Shown here: positions 26,165 through 39,165 of the stretch, one piece after another
Numbering within the stretch: the stretch's first letter is position 1
How the letters are laid out: each line of letters opens with the position of its first letter
Assembly (NCBI GenBank): GCA_020137815.1
Contig: CM035353.1
Span: forward strand, 8,894,455 to 8,958,454
DNA: 64,000 nt
Reading direction: 5' to 3'
Origin: Hormiphora californensis
Taxonomy: Eukaryota > Animalia > Ctenophora
The notes under the pieces: generated by a model
Database searches by the model: none
What the model was told of the DNA's origin: nothing
Seen by the model: only the letters and a program-made list of their open reading frames with translations
Made by a program: the position numbers and the translations under genes

Positions 26165-27505
26165 CACGGCGTGCCTGGTGAAATTTTAACACGACCTAGC
26201 ATGCGACGGGAAACCACCACTTGTACGTGGTAGCTGAGGGTCTACAGAATGGCGCTACGGTGCGGGATAAAAAAATCCATTCCCTAAAATCTTTTTTTTT
26301 ACTTTTATTTGATTTGGGTCAAAATTGGCTATATTAAACGTGGTCCCGAAAAATCCATAATGACTTAGCACACGAAATATGTCACCCCCACCTATTTGTG
26401 CACGTAGAATCGATTGCCGTTGAAGTCGAATCTCTAAAATGACTGTAAAATGGTCAAAAGTTGATTTTTTACCATTTTTTGGAGGTTTTTGGCCCCTAAA
26501 CCATTGAAAACGTTGAGATAGGAATTTGAAACTTGTGCCAATCATTAAAATGGTCATTTTTCTACCAAGAACCAAGTTTTCGTGTATATCCGATTTATGG
26601 TTAGATTTGGGCAAATTGTTGAAATCTGCCAACTAGGAGAACCGTAACTTGATTTTCTTGTTTTTTGGATTTTGGCATTTTTGACAAACTTCTGATTGAA
26701 ATGGTCAATCGGGACCATGCTTAAGTTGTTTATGGGACAATTTTCGACTAAAATCCAAGATTTCATACCAATCCAATAACAGATCGTTGATTTATAGAAA
26801 ATTTAAGTAGGCAAAACGGTCAAAATAAGCAAGAAAAGTTGTTATTTTGACCGTTTTGCCTACTTAAATTTTCTATAAATCAACGATCTGTTATTGGATT
26901 GGTATGAAATCTTGGATTTTAGTCGAAAATTGTCCCATAAACAACTTAAGCATGGTCCCGATTGACCATTTCAATCAGAAGTTTGTCAAAAATGCCAAAA
27001 TCCAAAAAACAAGAAAATCAAGTTACGGTTCTCCTAGTTGGCAGATTTCAACAATTTGCCCAAATCTAACCATAAATCGGATATACACGAAAACTTGGTT
27101 CTTGGTAGAAAAATGACCATTTTAATGATTGGCACAAGTTTCAAATTCCTATCTCAACGTTTTCAATGGTTTAGGGGCCAAAAACCTCCAAAAAATGGTA
27201 AAAAATCAACTTTTGACCATTTTACAGTCATTTTAGAGATTCGACTTCAACGGCAATCGATTCTACGTGCACAAATAGGTGGGGGTGACATATTTCGTGT
27301 GCTAAGTCATTATGGATTTTTCGGGACCACGTTTAATATAGCCAATTTTGACCCAAATCAAATAAAAGTAAAAAAAAAGATTTTAGGGAATGGATTTTTT
27401 TATCCCGCACCGTAGCGCCATTCTGTAGACCCTCAGCTACCACGTACAAGTGGTGGTTTCCCGTCGCATGCTAGGTCGTGTTAAAATTTCACCAGGCACG
27501 CCGTG
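26165..27505. mobile_element. 1.34-kb near-perfect palindromic DNA transposon with CAC..GTG ends (Transib/Chapaev-like)
   Basis: Arms of about 660 bp starting CACGGCGTGCCTGG, a short central spacer, 5-bp TSD AGGGA. Confidence 0.8.
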
Positions 27506-27712
27506 AGGGAGTGATAGAGGTTTACTTAGCCCACGAACGAAGTGAGTGAGCTAAGTTTACGAATTCAGGAGCAGTGATGTGACAAAGCTGTGGAAGTGGT
27601 ACTATTGCATTGTATCACGTAATAGTGTAGTAAATTCACGTACAGATAAAGAATGTAGGAGGGTGATGCTCACCCTCCTATATCCTTTATCTGTACGTGA
27701 ATTTACTTATCC

Positions 27713-28039
<327 letters not shown>

Positions 28040-28287
28040 TGTGTATCAAAAATACGGAAAAAAATCATAAAATACAAAAAACACAAAAAGATCTTCTTGG
28101 CTAGGCGGCCCACAGTGTATCATCGCCAACTACTATGTTCCTACCCCGCCTTCTCCGGCTTAGGGTTACCCGTGGAACAGGCACCTTCCAGCCACCTGTG
28201 GACCTCCAATGCCCCTTTATCTACTAACCCACTAACCAATCCTGTTACTAATCTACTAACCCCCTAACCCTTTCCAGTACCCTGTTC

Positions 28288-29420
28288 CTTAGAGGATAGT
28301 TAACCCCGTTCCAGAGGGGATAGTTTACCCCGCTCCACAGAGGATAGTTACCCTGTGGACCTCCATTGCCCCTTTATCTACTAAACCACTAACCATCCTG
28401 ATACTAATCTGCTAAACCCCTATTCCATTTCTTTATTAGGGTCTCGATCCAGTTAGGGTTGTACCCGTTCAGAGAGAATAGTTTACCCCGGTCCAGAGAG
28501 GATAGTTTACCCCGTCCCGGAGAGGATAGTTTACCCCGCTTCACAGAGGATAGTTGCCCCGTCCCAGAGAGGATAGTCCCCCATACCCCGTTCCTGAGAA
28601 GATAGTTTACCCCGTTCCAGAGAGGATAGTTTACCCCGCTTCACAGAGGATAGTAGCCCCGTTCCAGAGAGGATAGTTTACCCCGGTCCAGAGAGGATAG
28701 TTTACCCCGCTTCACAGAGGATAGTAGCCCCGTTCCAGAGAGGATAGTTTACCCCGGTCCAGAGAGGATAGTTTGCCCCGCTTCACAGAGGATAGTTGTC
28801 CCGTTCCAGAGAGGATAGTTTACCCCGTCCCAGAGATGATAGTTTACCCCGATTCACAGAGGATAGTTGCCCCGTCCCAGAGAGGATAGTCCCCCATACC
28901 CCGTTCCTGAGAAGATAGTTTACCCCGTTCCAGAGAGGATAGTTTACCCCGCTTCACAGAGGATAGTAGCCCCGTTCCAGAGAGGATAGTTTACCCCGGT
29001 CCAGAGAGGATAGTTTACCCCGCTTCACAGAGGATAGTAGCCCCGTTCCAGAGAGGATAGTTTACCCCGGTCCAGAGAGGATAGTTTACCCCGCTTCACA
29101 GAGGACAGTAGCCCCGTTCCAGAGAGGATAGTTTACCCCGGTCCAGAGAGGATAGTTTACCCCGCTTCACAGAGGATAGTTGCCCCGTCCCAGAGAGGAT
29201 AGTCTACCCCATACCCCGTTCCTGAGAAGATAGTTTACCCCGTTCCAGAGAGGATAGTTTACCCCGCTTCACAGAGGATAGTTGCCCCGTCCCAGAGAGG
29301 ATAGTCTACCCCATACCCCGTTCCTGAGAGGATAGTTTGCCCCGTTCCAGAGGGGATAGTTCACCCCGCTCCACAGAGGATAGTTGCCCCGTTCCGGAGA
29401 GGATAGTTTACCCCGTTCCC
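28288..29420 (+). repeat. 23-24-bp minisatellite in the retrotransposon 5' UTR
   Basis: Unit CAGAGAGGATAGTTTACCCCGTTC. Variant units recur about every 312 bp. Confidence 0.9.
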
Positions 29421-29710
29421 GTTGATCATAATGCTTCACACTGGCCCCTGTCCCAGATCCACCATATAGACATATTATATAGATACACACCCGTACGCTG
29501 AAAGTGTCGGTTCGTGCTGAAAAGCTGCAAGGATGGACGGGCAAACCATCTACTAACGGACCAAATGTGGCGGTGGGATTCCGTTACCGCTGCTCACCGG
29601 TGTCAGTGTTAAGACCCCCAAACCCGGCTCTTCTTTCAACAAACCGATGACTATGAATATACAGTGATTGGTTTGAAACTCACCCCCAAAACTTACTCAT
29701 CTTATACGAC

Positions 29711-32700
29711 ATGAGTACAAACACCCGAAAACCAAGGAAGGTCTGGTCTAAGCAAGAGAACCTAGACTTGGTATACTGCTACTACCGCAGTAACCCAGGC
29801 ACATCCGGATCCTGGAAGAGGCTAGAACGCCTGTGGGAAGATAAAGGATATGACCCACTGCCAGGTAAAAAACTCGCTGGGCAGTTCAGATCTATAGAGA
29901 AATCTGAACACATGGTAACTCCGACGGAGATGACAGATATGCAAGCCCTAGCAACTGGCCTAAACGTACTCCCGGTAGTGGACCTCACGGTTAATAGCAA
30001 CACCTCTGGTCCCAGTACAACAACGAATGGGGACACCACCGAACCTCCACCCCCACCACCACCCCCAACTAGAGCGCCACGAACGAAATGGACCACAGAA
30101 ATGAACACTACGCTCGTGTTCATCCACTGGTACTCACAACCGGAAATAAGAGGAGTGTGGAATCGAGTGGAGGAGAGATGGTTAAAGACAACCTACCCTT
30201 CCAAGACTGATACCCAGCTCAGATCCCAGATGAATTCTATAACTCATACGGGACTACTTTCACCACAAAGGCTCATGGAAATCAGAGAAGCGGCCACATC
30301 TGAACGTGAGAACGACGACGCGGCTCGGCAGGCTGAGCAAGAGGACAATCCACCTCCAGAACCCGTTGCACCTACAACCTCAGCGGACAATGAAGAGCCA
30401 GCACCTAACCCAGAAATCAGGGAGCAGTTTAAGAAGCTCCTTGAGGAACCGAGCGCCATCAAAGTCACTGACCTGAGGCAGGTCCCATGGGGAAAACTAC
30501 GTGTGGCAATCGACCGACTTAGTCCGGTCATCAGATCGTTTGAAGTCCCAGACCTCACCACACTGAACACCCTCCTGATGGTGGTAGCCCATATTGTCCG
30601 GGAACAAATGGGTATAAAGCCACCAAGTGAAACCACTAGCAACTCCCCCGGAAGGAACAAACAACCAATGTGGCTGCGACGACTCGAGGAGAGTGTCGGC
30701 AAACTTCGCGCAGACCTATCCAGGCTGACCGAAATGAGCAGAGGAGCCACTCAAAAGTTCCAAACTATAGATACTATCTATAGAAGATACCCGCTGCTGC
30801 CCAAGAAGGGCTATAAACAAGTAATAGAGGAGGTCAAGCAGCGGCTGCTGGCCAAGGCCGGGAAGATTAAGCGATATAAGAAGAAGCAGCAGAGGTTTAA
30901 AGACAATAACCTATTCCAGAACAACCAACGTGATTTCTACAGGAAACTGGAGAAACGAGGATCACCCCCCACGCCACTCGAAACCACAGCGGAAGATCAA
31001 ACAAGGACCATGAACTTCTGGAAGAACATATGGGAAAACGAAACCGGCCACAACACCGAAGCAGAATGGTTAGATGGCGTCCAAGGAAACTTCGAGACGA
31101 TCACCCAACAAGAGGACTTCCAGATCACCCCAGAAAGAGTTGCATCCCGAGTGAAAGGAATGACCAACTGGTCATCTCCAGGAATAGACGGGCTCCACGC
31201 CTTCTGGATCAAACACACCACCTGCCTCCACGGAAGGATAGCTGAGCTACTCAACGGAAGCCTCACTACAAGCCAGATCCCAGATTGGATGACTGAAGGT
31301 AGAACATACCTCCTGATCAAGGACCCCAAGAAGGGAATGTCCAACCCGGGGAATTTTAGACCCATTACCTGTCTTCCAAACCTCTGGAAATTGTATACAG
31401 GAATCTTATCGGAGGACATCTACCAACACCTGGATGTAAATAGTCTCTTCCCTGAGGAGCAGAAGGGGTGCCGCAAGAAGAGTAGAGGATGTAAAGAACA
31501 GCTAGCAATCGACAAACTAATCCTACGTCATTGCAAACGCAACAAATCCTCTCTACACATGGCCTTCATCGACTACCAAAAGGCATACGACTCCATCCCC
31601 CACTCTTGGATCCTGAAATCTATGGAGATGTGCAAGATAAACCCCCAGATAATTAGACTGTTCGAGGCATCGTTCCAACAATGTGTAGTTAATATAGTAC
31701 AGTCAGGATCATCGTTAGGAAAAATACACATAAAGAGAGGCCTCTTCCAAGGAGACGCTATCTCTCCGATACACTTCATTATAGGACTGATCCCCCTTTC
31801 CCTACTACTAACCGCCGAAGGAAGAGGCTACACCATATCCGAACCAGATGCACAAGAGGAAGGTGAAGATATCACCATTAACCATCGGCTCTATATGGAC
31901 GACTTGAAACTGTACGCAAGTTCGAGAGGAGACCTCCAACATCTCTTGGAAATCACTGAGAAATTCAGCACCGACATCAACATGTCTTTTGGTATAGCTA
32001 AATGTGGATCACTAGACATCGTTGACGGGGTCAGACAACACATGCAGGGAATTGAACTACCAAGTGGGAACACAATCCCGGAAGTGGAAGACGGTGGTTA
32101 TAAATACCTCGGCATCCTGGAGGTTGACGTTATCCTGCACCAAGAGATGAAGACCAAGGTTAAAACCGAATACGTCAGAAGAGTCAAAAGACTGCTATCT
32201 TCGAGCCTGCACGGCAAGAACCTTGCCACTGCGATCAACACGTGGGCGATACCAGTGATCCGCTACGGCGCTGGGATACTAGACTGGACCACTACTGATG
32301 CCAAAGGATTAGACATGATTACTAGAAAGATCCTGAGAAGAGGTTTCCTCAAGAGTAACAGCGACATTGATCGACTGTATGTAAGCAGGAAGCTGGGAGG
32401 AAGAGGTCTCCAACGGATTGAAGACGTCATTGTGAAGGAGGAAATAGGACTAGTATCATTCTTCAGCAACTCCACAGACACTAAGATACGTGCACTTCAC
32501 ACAGCAATGGTGAAGGAGGATATGCTGAACAAACCCCCAGAGAATGCAGAAGCCCTCAAAGAAAGACTGGAAGGGCAACTGATAGATAACTGGAAGGGTA
32601 AGCCACTTCATGGACGATTTCTGAAGCAGCTAGAAGAAGGGGGTTGCGACCCTGATGCGACTTGGGCTTGGCTCAACAAGGAGAGCCTCAGCAGATACAC

Positions 32701-33361
32701 CGAAGCCGATGTGTTTGCCGCCCAAGATCAAGCCATTCGCACAAACTGGATACAAGCTGCTATAGAAAAACAACAAGGAGTGTCCGAGAAATGCCGTATC
32801 TGCAACCAACACAATGAGTCTGTGGAGCACATCCTAAACGGGTGCCAAAAGCTTGCCAATGGAGACTATAAACTGCGTCACGATCGAGTAGCTGCTGCAC
32901 TACACTGGGGAGTGTGCAGAGACCATGGATTCCCCGCTGAGTCCAAGTGGTACAACCACTACGCAGACAAAGTGCTAGAAAACGATGACTATAAGATACT
33001 CTGGGATTTTCTCATACAAACAGACAACCCCATTGAGGCCTGCAAGCCCGACTTAGTCCTTGTGGACAAACGGAAAAAAGAGGCACTCCTCATTGATGTT
33101 GCCGTACCGAAAGACCGGTTAGTCTCAGACAGGGAGGTGGAGAAGATCGAGAAGTACCAAGAACTACGGAGAGAGATCACGAGAATTTGGGAGCTCAAAA
33201 AGGCCACGGTCATTCCCATCGTGATTGGAGCTCTTGGCGGAGTTAGCCCCCGACTGGAGAAGTACTTGCAGGCTATAACCCGGCAAATCTACCCCTCACA
33301 GCTCCAAAAATCAGTCCTCTTCAACTCGATGAACACGCTCCGGAAAGTTCTCAACATGTAA
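29711..33361 (+). CDS. R4/Dong-clade polyprotein: two Myb/SANT-like repeats, reverse transcriptase, CCHC knuckle, restriction-like endonuclease
   Basis: RKVWSKQEN and RTKWTTEMN repeats; SPGIDG, FRPITCL, FIDYQKAYDS, RGLFQGD, YMDD; CRIC..ESVEHILNGC, RHD, KPDLVLVD..IDVAVP..EKIEKY. Confidence 0.93.
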   Translation: MSTNTRKPRKVWSKQENLDLVYCYYRSNPGTSGSWKRLERLWEDKGYDPLPGKKLAGQFRSIEKSEHMVTPTEMTDMQALATGLNVLPVVDLTVNSNTSGPSTTTNGDTTEPPPPPPPPTRAPRTKWTTEMNTTLVFIHWYSQPEIRGVWNRVEERWLKTTYPSKTDTQLRSQMNSITHTGLLSPQRLMEIREAATSERENDDAARQAEQEDNPPPEPVAPTTSADNEEPAPNPEIREQFKKLLEEPSAIKVTDLRQVPWGKLRVAIDRLSPVIRSFEVPDLTTLNTLLMVVAHIVREQMGIKPPSETTSNSPGRNKQPMWLRRLEESVGKLRADLSRLTEMSRGATQKFQTIDTIYRRYPLLPKKGYKQVIEEVKQRLLAKAGKIKRYKKKQQRFKDNNLFQNNQRDFYRKLEKRGSPPTPLETTAEDQTRTMNFWKNIWENETGHNTEAEWLDGVQGNFETITQQEDFQITPERVASRVKGMTNWSSPGIDGLHAFWIKHTTCLHGRIAELLNGSLTTSQIPDWMTEGRTYLLIKDPKKGMSNPGNFRPITCLPNLWKLYTGILSEDIYQHLDVNSLFPEEQKGCRKKSRGCKEQLAIDKLILRHCKRNKSSLHMAFIDYQKAYDSIPHSWILKSMEMCKINPQIIRLFEASFQQCVVNIVQSGSSLGKIHIKRGLFQGDAISPIHFIIGLIPLSLLLTAEGRGYTISEPDAQEEGEDITINHRLYMDDLKLYASSRGDLQHLLEITEKFSTDINMSFGIAKCGSLDIVDGVRQHMQGIELPSGNTIPEVEDGGYKYLGILEVDVILHQEMKTKVKTEYVRRVKRLLSSSLHGKNLATAINTWAIPVIRYGAGILDWTTTDAKGLDMITRKILRRGFLKSNSDIDRLYVSRKLGGRGLQRIEDVIVKEEIGLVSFFSNSTDTKIRALHTAMVKEDMLNKPPENAEALKERLEGQLIDNWKGKPLHGRFLKQLEEGGCDPDATWAWLNKESLSRYTEADVFAAQDQAIRTNWIQAAIEKQQGVSEKCRICNQHNESVEHILNGCQKLANGDYKLRHDRVAAALHWGVCRDHGFPAESKWYNHYADKVLENDDYKILWDFLIQTDNPIEACKPDLVLVDKRKKEALLIDVAVPKDRLVSDREVEKIEKYQELRREITRIWELKKATVIPIVIGALGGVSPRLEKYLQAITRQIYPSQLQKSVLFNSMNTLRKVLNM

Positions 33362-33720
33362 TCAGCCTCCGGATACCCCATGGATTCCCCCCCCCCCCCC
33401 CCCATTTTGTATTTTCACCCGTTCCTGCTTGTTTTTAGGCTGCCTTAGATTCCGTTCCAGAAGTTTGCTTCTTCGGCTCCTGATAGGTTGAATCTTCTTA
33501 GTCTCCGTTGCAGAAGGTTGGGCTTCTTTCCAGATAGTTTAGAAGGTCTTGTGCTCCGTCACCATGAGCTTTATTCCCCCTTGTTTATTTTTATCCTTAC
33601 TTTACCCCATATGTACATTGTTCAACATACCCTTATGTACATTGTTCTACCTACCTTTACTCCGCAGGCCCTCCGGGCCCTCAGATCCAACAGGATCCGG
33701 GCTCGGGGGATTTAACCCTG

Positions 33721-33753
33721 CTCTCGCACGGGGCCTTACGGCCCCGTGTGGGA
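33721..33753 (+). other. GC-rich stem-loop near the 3' end of the retrotransposon
   Basis: CTCTCGCACGGGGCC-TTAC-GGCCCCGTGTGGGAG pairs fully when G-U is allowed. Confidence 0.65.
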
Positions 33754-33769
33754 GTGGTGCGTGTAGTGG

Positions 33770-33908
<139 letters not shown>

Positions 33909-34428
33909 TTGAAGAAATTTAATATTGAACAAAATATAGGAAAATGGAAAAACACTATAGAACAGCCCGTAAGTTAGTCCGTCCCCGTGTGAGGAAAATC
34001 GCTAGTCACACTTAAAACAAAAGGCACTCAAAACAGTTTCTCGAAGATCCACAGGCTTGTGAGGAAGACAGTTCCACAGGAGTATGGAGCTGAACTATCG
34101 AAAGAAAATGGGCCGCTTGCAGCCGGCGTGTCGTTATGAGCTACATCGGAGCCACATGCAGCACCATAGTTTTGAGTGCAGTGGCTGGGTAACACATTAG
34201 ACAACCACCAACAAGAAGAGGAAGACCAGGAAGGATAGAGCAAGAGGAATTCTAATTTCTGAGTTGTAATTGGCCGTTGGGATTTGTATTGGGAATCACA
34301 CAGCAACATTTTACTTTTGTACTGTTACTATAACTGAACACCGGATAATGGATAACTATAAAAGGCACATGGCACACCCCACCCAAAGCGAAGCCACTTC
34401 AATCCCTTATCGTGATATGAATCATGTA

Positions 34429-34600
34429 CATTCGGACCCCGATTTACCGGGCCCCGATTTACCGGAACCCCGATTTACCGGGAGGATAAATTTCCCCCGA
34501 TCTAGGAAATTAACGGTATTTGACCCCGATATACCGGACACCCCGATTTACCGGGCAAAACCCTTTCCCCCGAGCATCCCGGTAAATCGGGGTCCGACTG
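34429..34600. mobile_element. Tc1/mariner-type MITE (TA TSD)
   Basis: TA|CA(T/G)TCGGACCCCGATTTA...TAAATCGGGGTCCGACTG|TA with internal CCCCGATTTA repeats. Confidence 0.8.
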
Positions 34601-36199
34601 TAATTGAATCGTACATCGAGTCAGCTCTAATAAGCGGTAACTTACACACGGAGATCAAGGTTGTTCACAAGTTGGTATGGCTGCATCGTGTTGGTATGGA
34701 AGTGTTCTAGAGGATTTGATATCCTTCATACCAAATAGCCAAAACAGACACTTTTGGATATGCATTAGACCCATTACATTAGTTAACTTAAAACCGGTTT
34801 CAAGATGATCCAAGCACTCCTTCTTTGGACATGACCACACACCAATAGTCTAGTGGTCCTGACTAAAGAGAAAGGCCCTAAATTTTTCCACAAGTCTTAG
34901 ATTAATGGCATCAGTGAAAAGTCTCTAAACCATTCCTAAGAATTATTCTGATGAAATGCGATCAGTACAGGGGGTTAGGTAGCTTAGTGGTATAGCTCCG
35001 ACATCGGTTTACATCTTTTCAATCATAAATCAACTCATTTTGTTGAATTAATTATCATTTTAGGGGTACTATGAGATCTCATAACATTGTTACACGATAT
35101 CAATCGTAGAAAACCAAATTCCTATTCTTGAATTTGAAATAATACAGTCGGACCCCGATTTAACGGCCCCCGATTTAGCGGCACCCCGATTTAACGGCAG
35201 GATAAAATTTTTTTGAAATTTTTCAAAGGTGTATCAACCACTTCCGAATCGTGTTTCGAATCGGTGGATCTTATTGCATGTCTTACCGGCAATTAGACGG
35301 TTCGAATCGAACAGATATGGTCATTTTTTTTAACTTGTGCAAATTTGTCAAAAAATATTATTTTCCAACGAAGATTATGTGTAAAAGTGTATAGGGAATA
35401 GATTTACAGGAAAAATAAATTAAAAACTCATCTCGTGAGGTGCCGGTGACCATGTTTGCGAAAGCGTGTGCCATTCCGTCAAATTTTAATATTTTTTCCT
35501 AAAATTTTTGAAAATATGCTGAAAATGTCCAATATAAACACCTTTAAAATGTGTAAGCAAACTTACTCAATCTATGAGGTGCAACCAGTGTTTAAAGTTA
35601 CACTGTATACTTACAGCTACTTTTAAGCCCGTAGCACCTCACGTTTCACGACTTTTCCTAGCTAGATACTTGCAGTAGACTCAAAACCATCATTTGTACC
35701 GAAAAAGTTCCAAAAATTTTGCTCAATGAGTGAGGTGCACCCAAAAAACTGTATTTTCTTCAAACGCTAATTGCACCTCACTCCGTTCTAAAAGTGGCCT
35801 TAACTTGCTCATATGACATCCCCAAACACTACCTAATCGATTCCAAGGTCATTGCTCAACCTGTGAGGTGCACTGGAGAAGTAGGTAAAATATGTCATTT
35901 TTTGAGGGTCTGCACCTAATTTTTAGAGCAAATTTTCGGTAAATCAGGAGGGAAATTGTGACACATGGTCCCGGCATCCAAACTAATTTCTTTAATTGGT
36001 TTTTGGACTTAATTTCTGTTCTTTTTGGTGTTAAATAGAAAAGGCTATTTTTTCTGATTTCTGCATATTTTCGAATTTAAATATGTAGTTCATAAATATG
36101 CGAATAAAGACTAAACAGTGAGAGATACGACTTTTTGTCAGGGGGACGACCCCCCATAAATTGACTATTCTGCGCTGGAATATGTTATAAAAACGTTCT

Positions 36200-36440
36200 A
36201 GCAAAAAAAAGCAAAGCAGGACGGCTATGATAAATCCAGTGCCGGGGGTGCTGATATCCCTTTCAATGGCGTTTCAGCCACGGGTCCTTCCGGTGCAGAT
36301 TTCTCTGCAGCGTAGCCGGGCGCTTACCACAAAAATACGCACCAGTGTTTGGTCTCCAAGGAGCCCACCAATAACTTGGTGGCTAGAACTGGTAGACCAG
36401 GATCGAACCGGGACCAGTGGTGAGAGGAGTTATAGCACAA
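36200..36440 (-). mobile_element. Degenerate copy of the tRNA-derived SINE-like repeat
   Basis: Matches 38890-39140, together with a duplicated upstream flank. Confidence 0.55.
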
Positions 36441-38148
36441 CTGCGATAAATCACTGATTGGATTTGGGTTGTTCCTTTGAAAATTTTTAAAAAGATTTTT
36501 TATCTTTTTTTTTCCCATTTTATTTTTAAGAAAAGATAGGAAATTTTAATTTTTTTTGCCCCCTTTTAAAGGCCCCCTTTGGTTTTGGATAGTTTTTTCG
36601 TTCGACCCCAAAACGAAGGGGGGGAAAAAAAGAACTGAAAAAAAAAAAAACACCCCAGGACCCCCCCCCTTTGGTTCCCCGGGGAAAAAAAAATTTTTAA
36701 AGAAATTTTTTTGAAATTTTTATTATTTTTAGGGGAAAAAAATCAAATCCCAATAAAAAAGAATTGTAAAAACTTTTTAAAAGAATTTTTAAAAAAAGGG
36801 GTTTTTGGGCCCAAAAGTCCGGGGGAAAAATCAACCCAAAGGGGTGCAAAGATAAACAAAAAAAAAAAACCCAAAAAAAAAGGGGATTTTCCCCCCCCGA
36901 ATAGGGAATAATAAAAAAAAAAAAAAAGAAAACGAGGAGAAGAAAAGGGGGAAAGCCCCAAAAAAAAAAAAAGGAAAAAAAGGGGGTGAAATTTCATTAA
37001 ATCAAAAAAAATTTAACTTTTAAAAGCAACCCTACCAACCCCCCAAGGATTAAGAAAAAAAGCCAAAAGTAAAATTTTTTTAAAAAACCCGCCCCACCCA
37101 GAAAATAAGAAGATCATTGAAAAATTTGGTAGTTGCACAAGTTAAAAAAAAGGACCATATTGTGATCCCCATGGGGCCCATCGAATCGCAATTTTGACGC
37201 TTGGTAAACTGGTACGGCCCATCGGGATCACGTATCGGTTCGCTTCGAACCGTCTAATTAGCGACAGGACGTGCGATAAGATGCACTGATTCGAAACACG
37301 ATTCGGTCGTGGTTGATAAACCTTTGAAAATTTTTACAGAATGATTGTCAATGCTTTGATCGGTGCTCCCCATGAATTTTCAGAGAAAGAGATATTTTGA
37401 AATTTGAATTCTTCCTTGCCCCGCTTTAAGTGCCCCGATTCGGTATGGTATCACGTATCGGTTCGTTTCGAACCGTCTAATTAGCGACAGGACATGCGAT
37501 AAGATTCACTGATTCAATAAATAAAACGATTCGGACGTGGTTGATATACATAGTACCTTAGAAAATTTTTCATTAATTTATTTGAAATTTTTTTGAAATT
37601 ATTATCTATTTCTATGTAATAAGAAATGATCACGTAATCAATACATAGACATTGTATTTAACACTTTAGTATAGCATTTTTGGACAAAAAGAGGGGTTTA
37701 TGGGCCAAATATGTCCGGAAACACGCTACTACACCTCTATGACCTTGCAAAGCATAGGCCAAACAAAACCCAAACCTTTTATCACTTTAGGGATGTTGGT
37801 TTCTGAATGAGTGGAATGAACTACCAAAAATAAAAAATGAACTTTCAGTTTTGACATTGATTTTTCTTGTGAGCAAAGATCTTTGTTCATCCAATGTTCG
37901 CCAAAATTTTTAAAAAGATTGAACAAAATGTAGCCGTGATACATTTCATTGAAAGTCGCAGGAAGAGCCAAAATCATGCATGAGCATTTTCTCAACTGCA
38001 ACGTGACCTGGTGCTTCAATTTCATTTTTATGTTGCTCATTGGAAAGATAAATTCAAGCCAAAAAAGTAATAATGATGGAAAATTAAGATGCTCACGTCA
38101 TAAATGAGCGAGAAATGAATTAAGTCCAAAAACCAAATAAATAAACTA

Positions 38149-38320
38149 CAGTCGGACCCCGATTTAGGGGCCCCCGATTTAGTGGCACCCCGATTTAGGG
38201 ACAGGACTTTTTGCCCCCAATATAGGAAATTAACCTTATTTGACCCCGATTTAGTGGATACCCCGATTTAGTGGACAAGAGCCTTTCCCCCGAGGGTGTC
38301 CCTAAATCGGGGTCCGACTG
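38149..38320. mobile_element. Tc1/mariner-type MITE (TA TSD), sister of 34429-34600
   Basis: Same TIR and length (172 bp). Inserted at TA inside the foldback module of the composite repeat. Confidence 0.8.
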
Positions 38321-38450
38321 TAGTTTAGATGCCCGGGCCCATGTAATGTGGTGTCACGGGGGTAACACCTTTAGGCTACTGCCATAATTAACGGCATATC
38401 TGTTAATTGTTATCCTTCAATCTTTCTATCTCTATCTATCTCTCACTCTC

Positions 38451-38526
<76 letters not shown>

Positions 38527-38890
38527 TACTTCTCTCTCTCTCTTTCTCTCTCACTGTTTCTTCCACTATATCTCTCATTTTTTTATCTCTCCGTCTTTCT
38601 TGATTATATCCGTCATTTATGACAGTAGCCTAAAAGTTTTACCCCCGTGACACCACATGGTCCCGGGCATCCAAACTAATTTATTTAATTGGTTTTTGGA
38701 CTTAATTTCTGTTCTTTTTGGTGTTAAATAGAAAAGGCTATTTTTTCTGATTTCTGCATATTTTCGAATTTAAATAGTTCATAAATATGCGAATAAAGAC
38801 TAAACAGTGAGAGATACGACTTTTTGTCAGGGGGACGACCCCCCATAAATTGATTATTCTGCGCTGGAATATGTTATAAAAACGTTCTAG

Positions 38891-39165
38891 CAAAAAAAGC
38901 AAAGCAGGACGGCTAGGATAAATCCAGTGCCGGGGGTGCTGATATCCCTTTCAATGGCGTTTCAGCCACGGGTCCTTCCGGTGCAGATTTCTCTGCAGCG
39001 TAGCCGGGTGCTTACCCCACAACATACGCACTCCGTGTTGCTTTCGGGTCTCTCAAGAGAGCCCCTACCAATCATAGCTTGGTGGACTAGACGACATGCG
39101 CTAGACCAGGATCGAACCCGGGACCTAGTGCGTGAGAGGCGAGTGTACTAGCCACTACACCACCC
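38891..39165 (-). mobile_element. tRNA-derived SINE-like element
   Basis: On -: GGTGTAGTGGCTAGTACACTCGCCTCTCACGC..GGTCCCGGGTTCGATCC (A and B boxes, tRNA-Val-like), followed by an unrelated body. Confidence 0.6.

Noticed and set aside
26165-26200. RAG RSS-like terminus (CACGGCG)
   Set aside because: Only the heptamer resembles an RSS. There is no nonamer at 12/23 spacing and no RAG-like ORF.
26255-27415. Mirror-image 125-aa and 70-aa ORFs (also 52903-54063)
   Set aside because: They are a by-product of the palindromic arms and show no transposase motifs.
28288-29420. CRISPR-like periodicity next to an RT gene
   Set aside because: The units are contiguous with no unique spacers, there are no cas genes, and the context is eukaryotic.
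29782-33219. Antisense ORFs over the retrotransposon ORF
   Set aside because: They are shadow frames of a long coding sequence.
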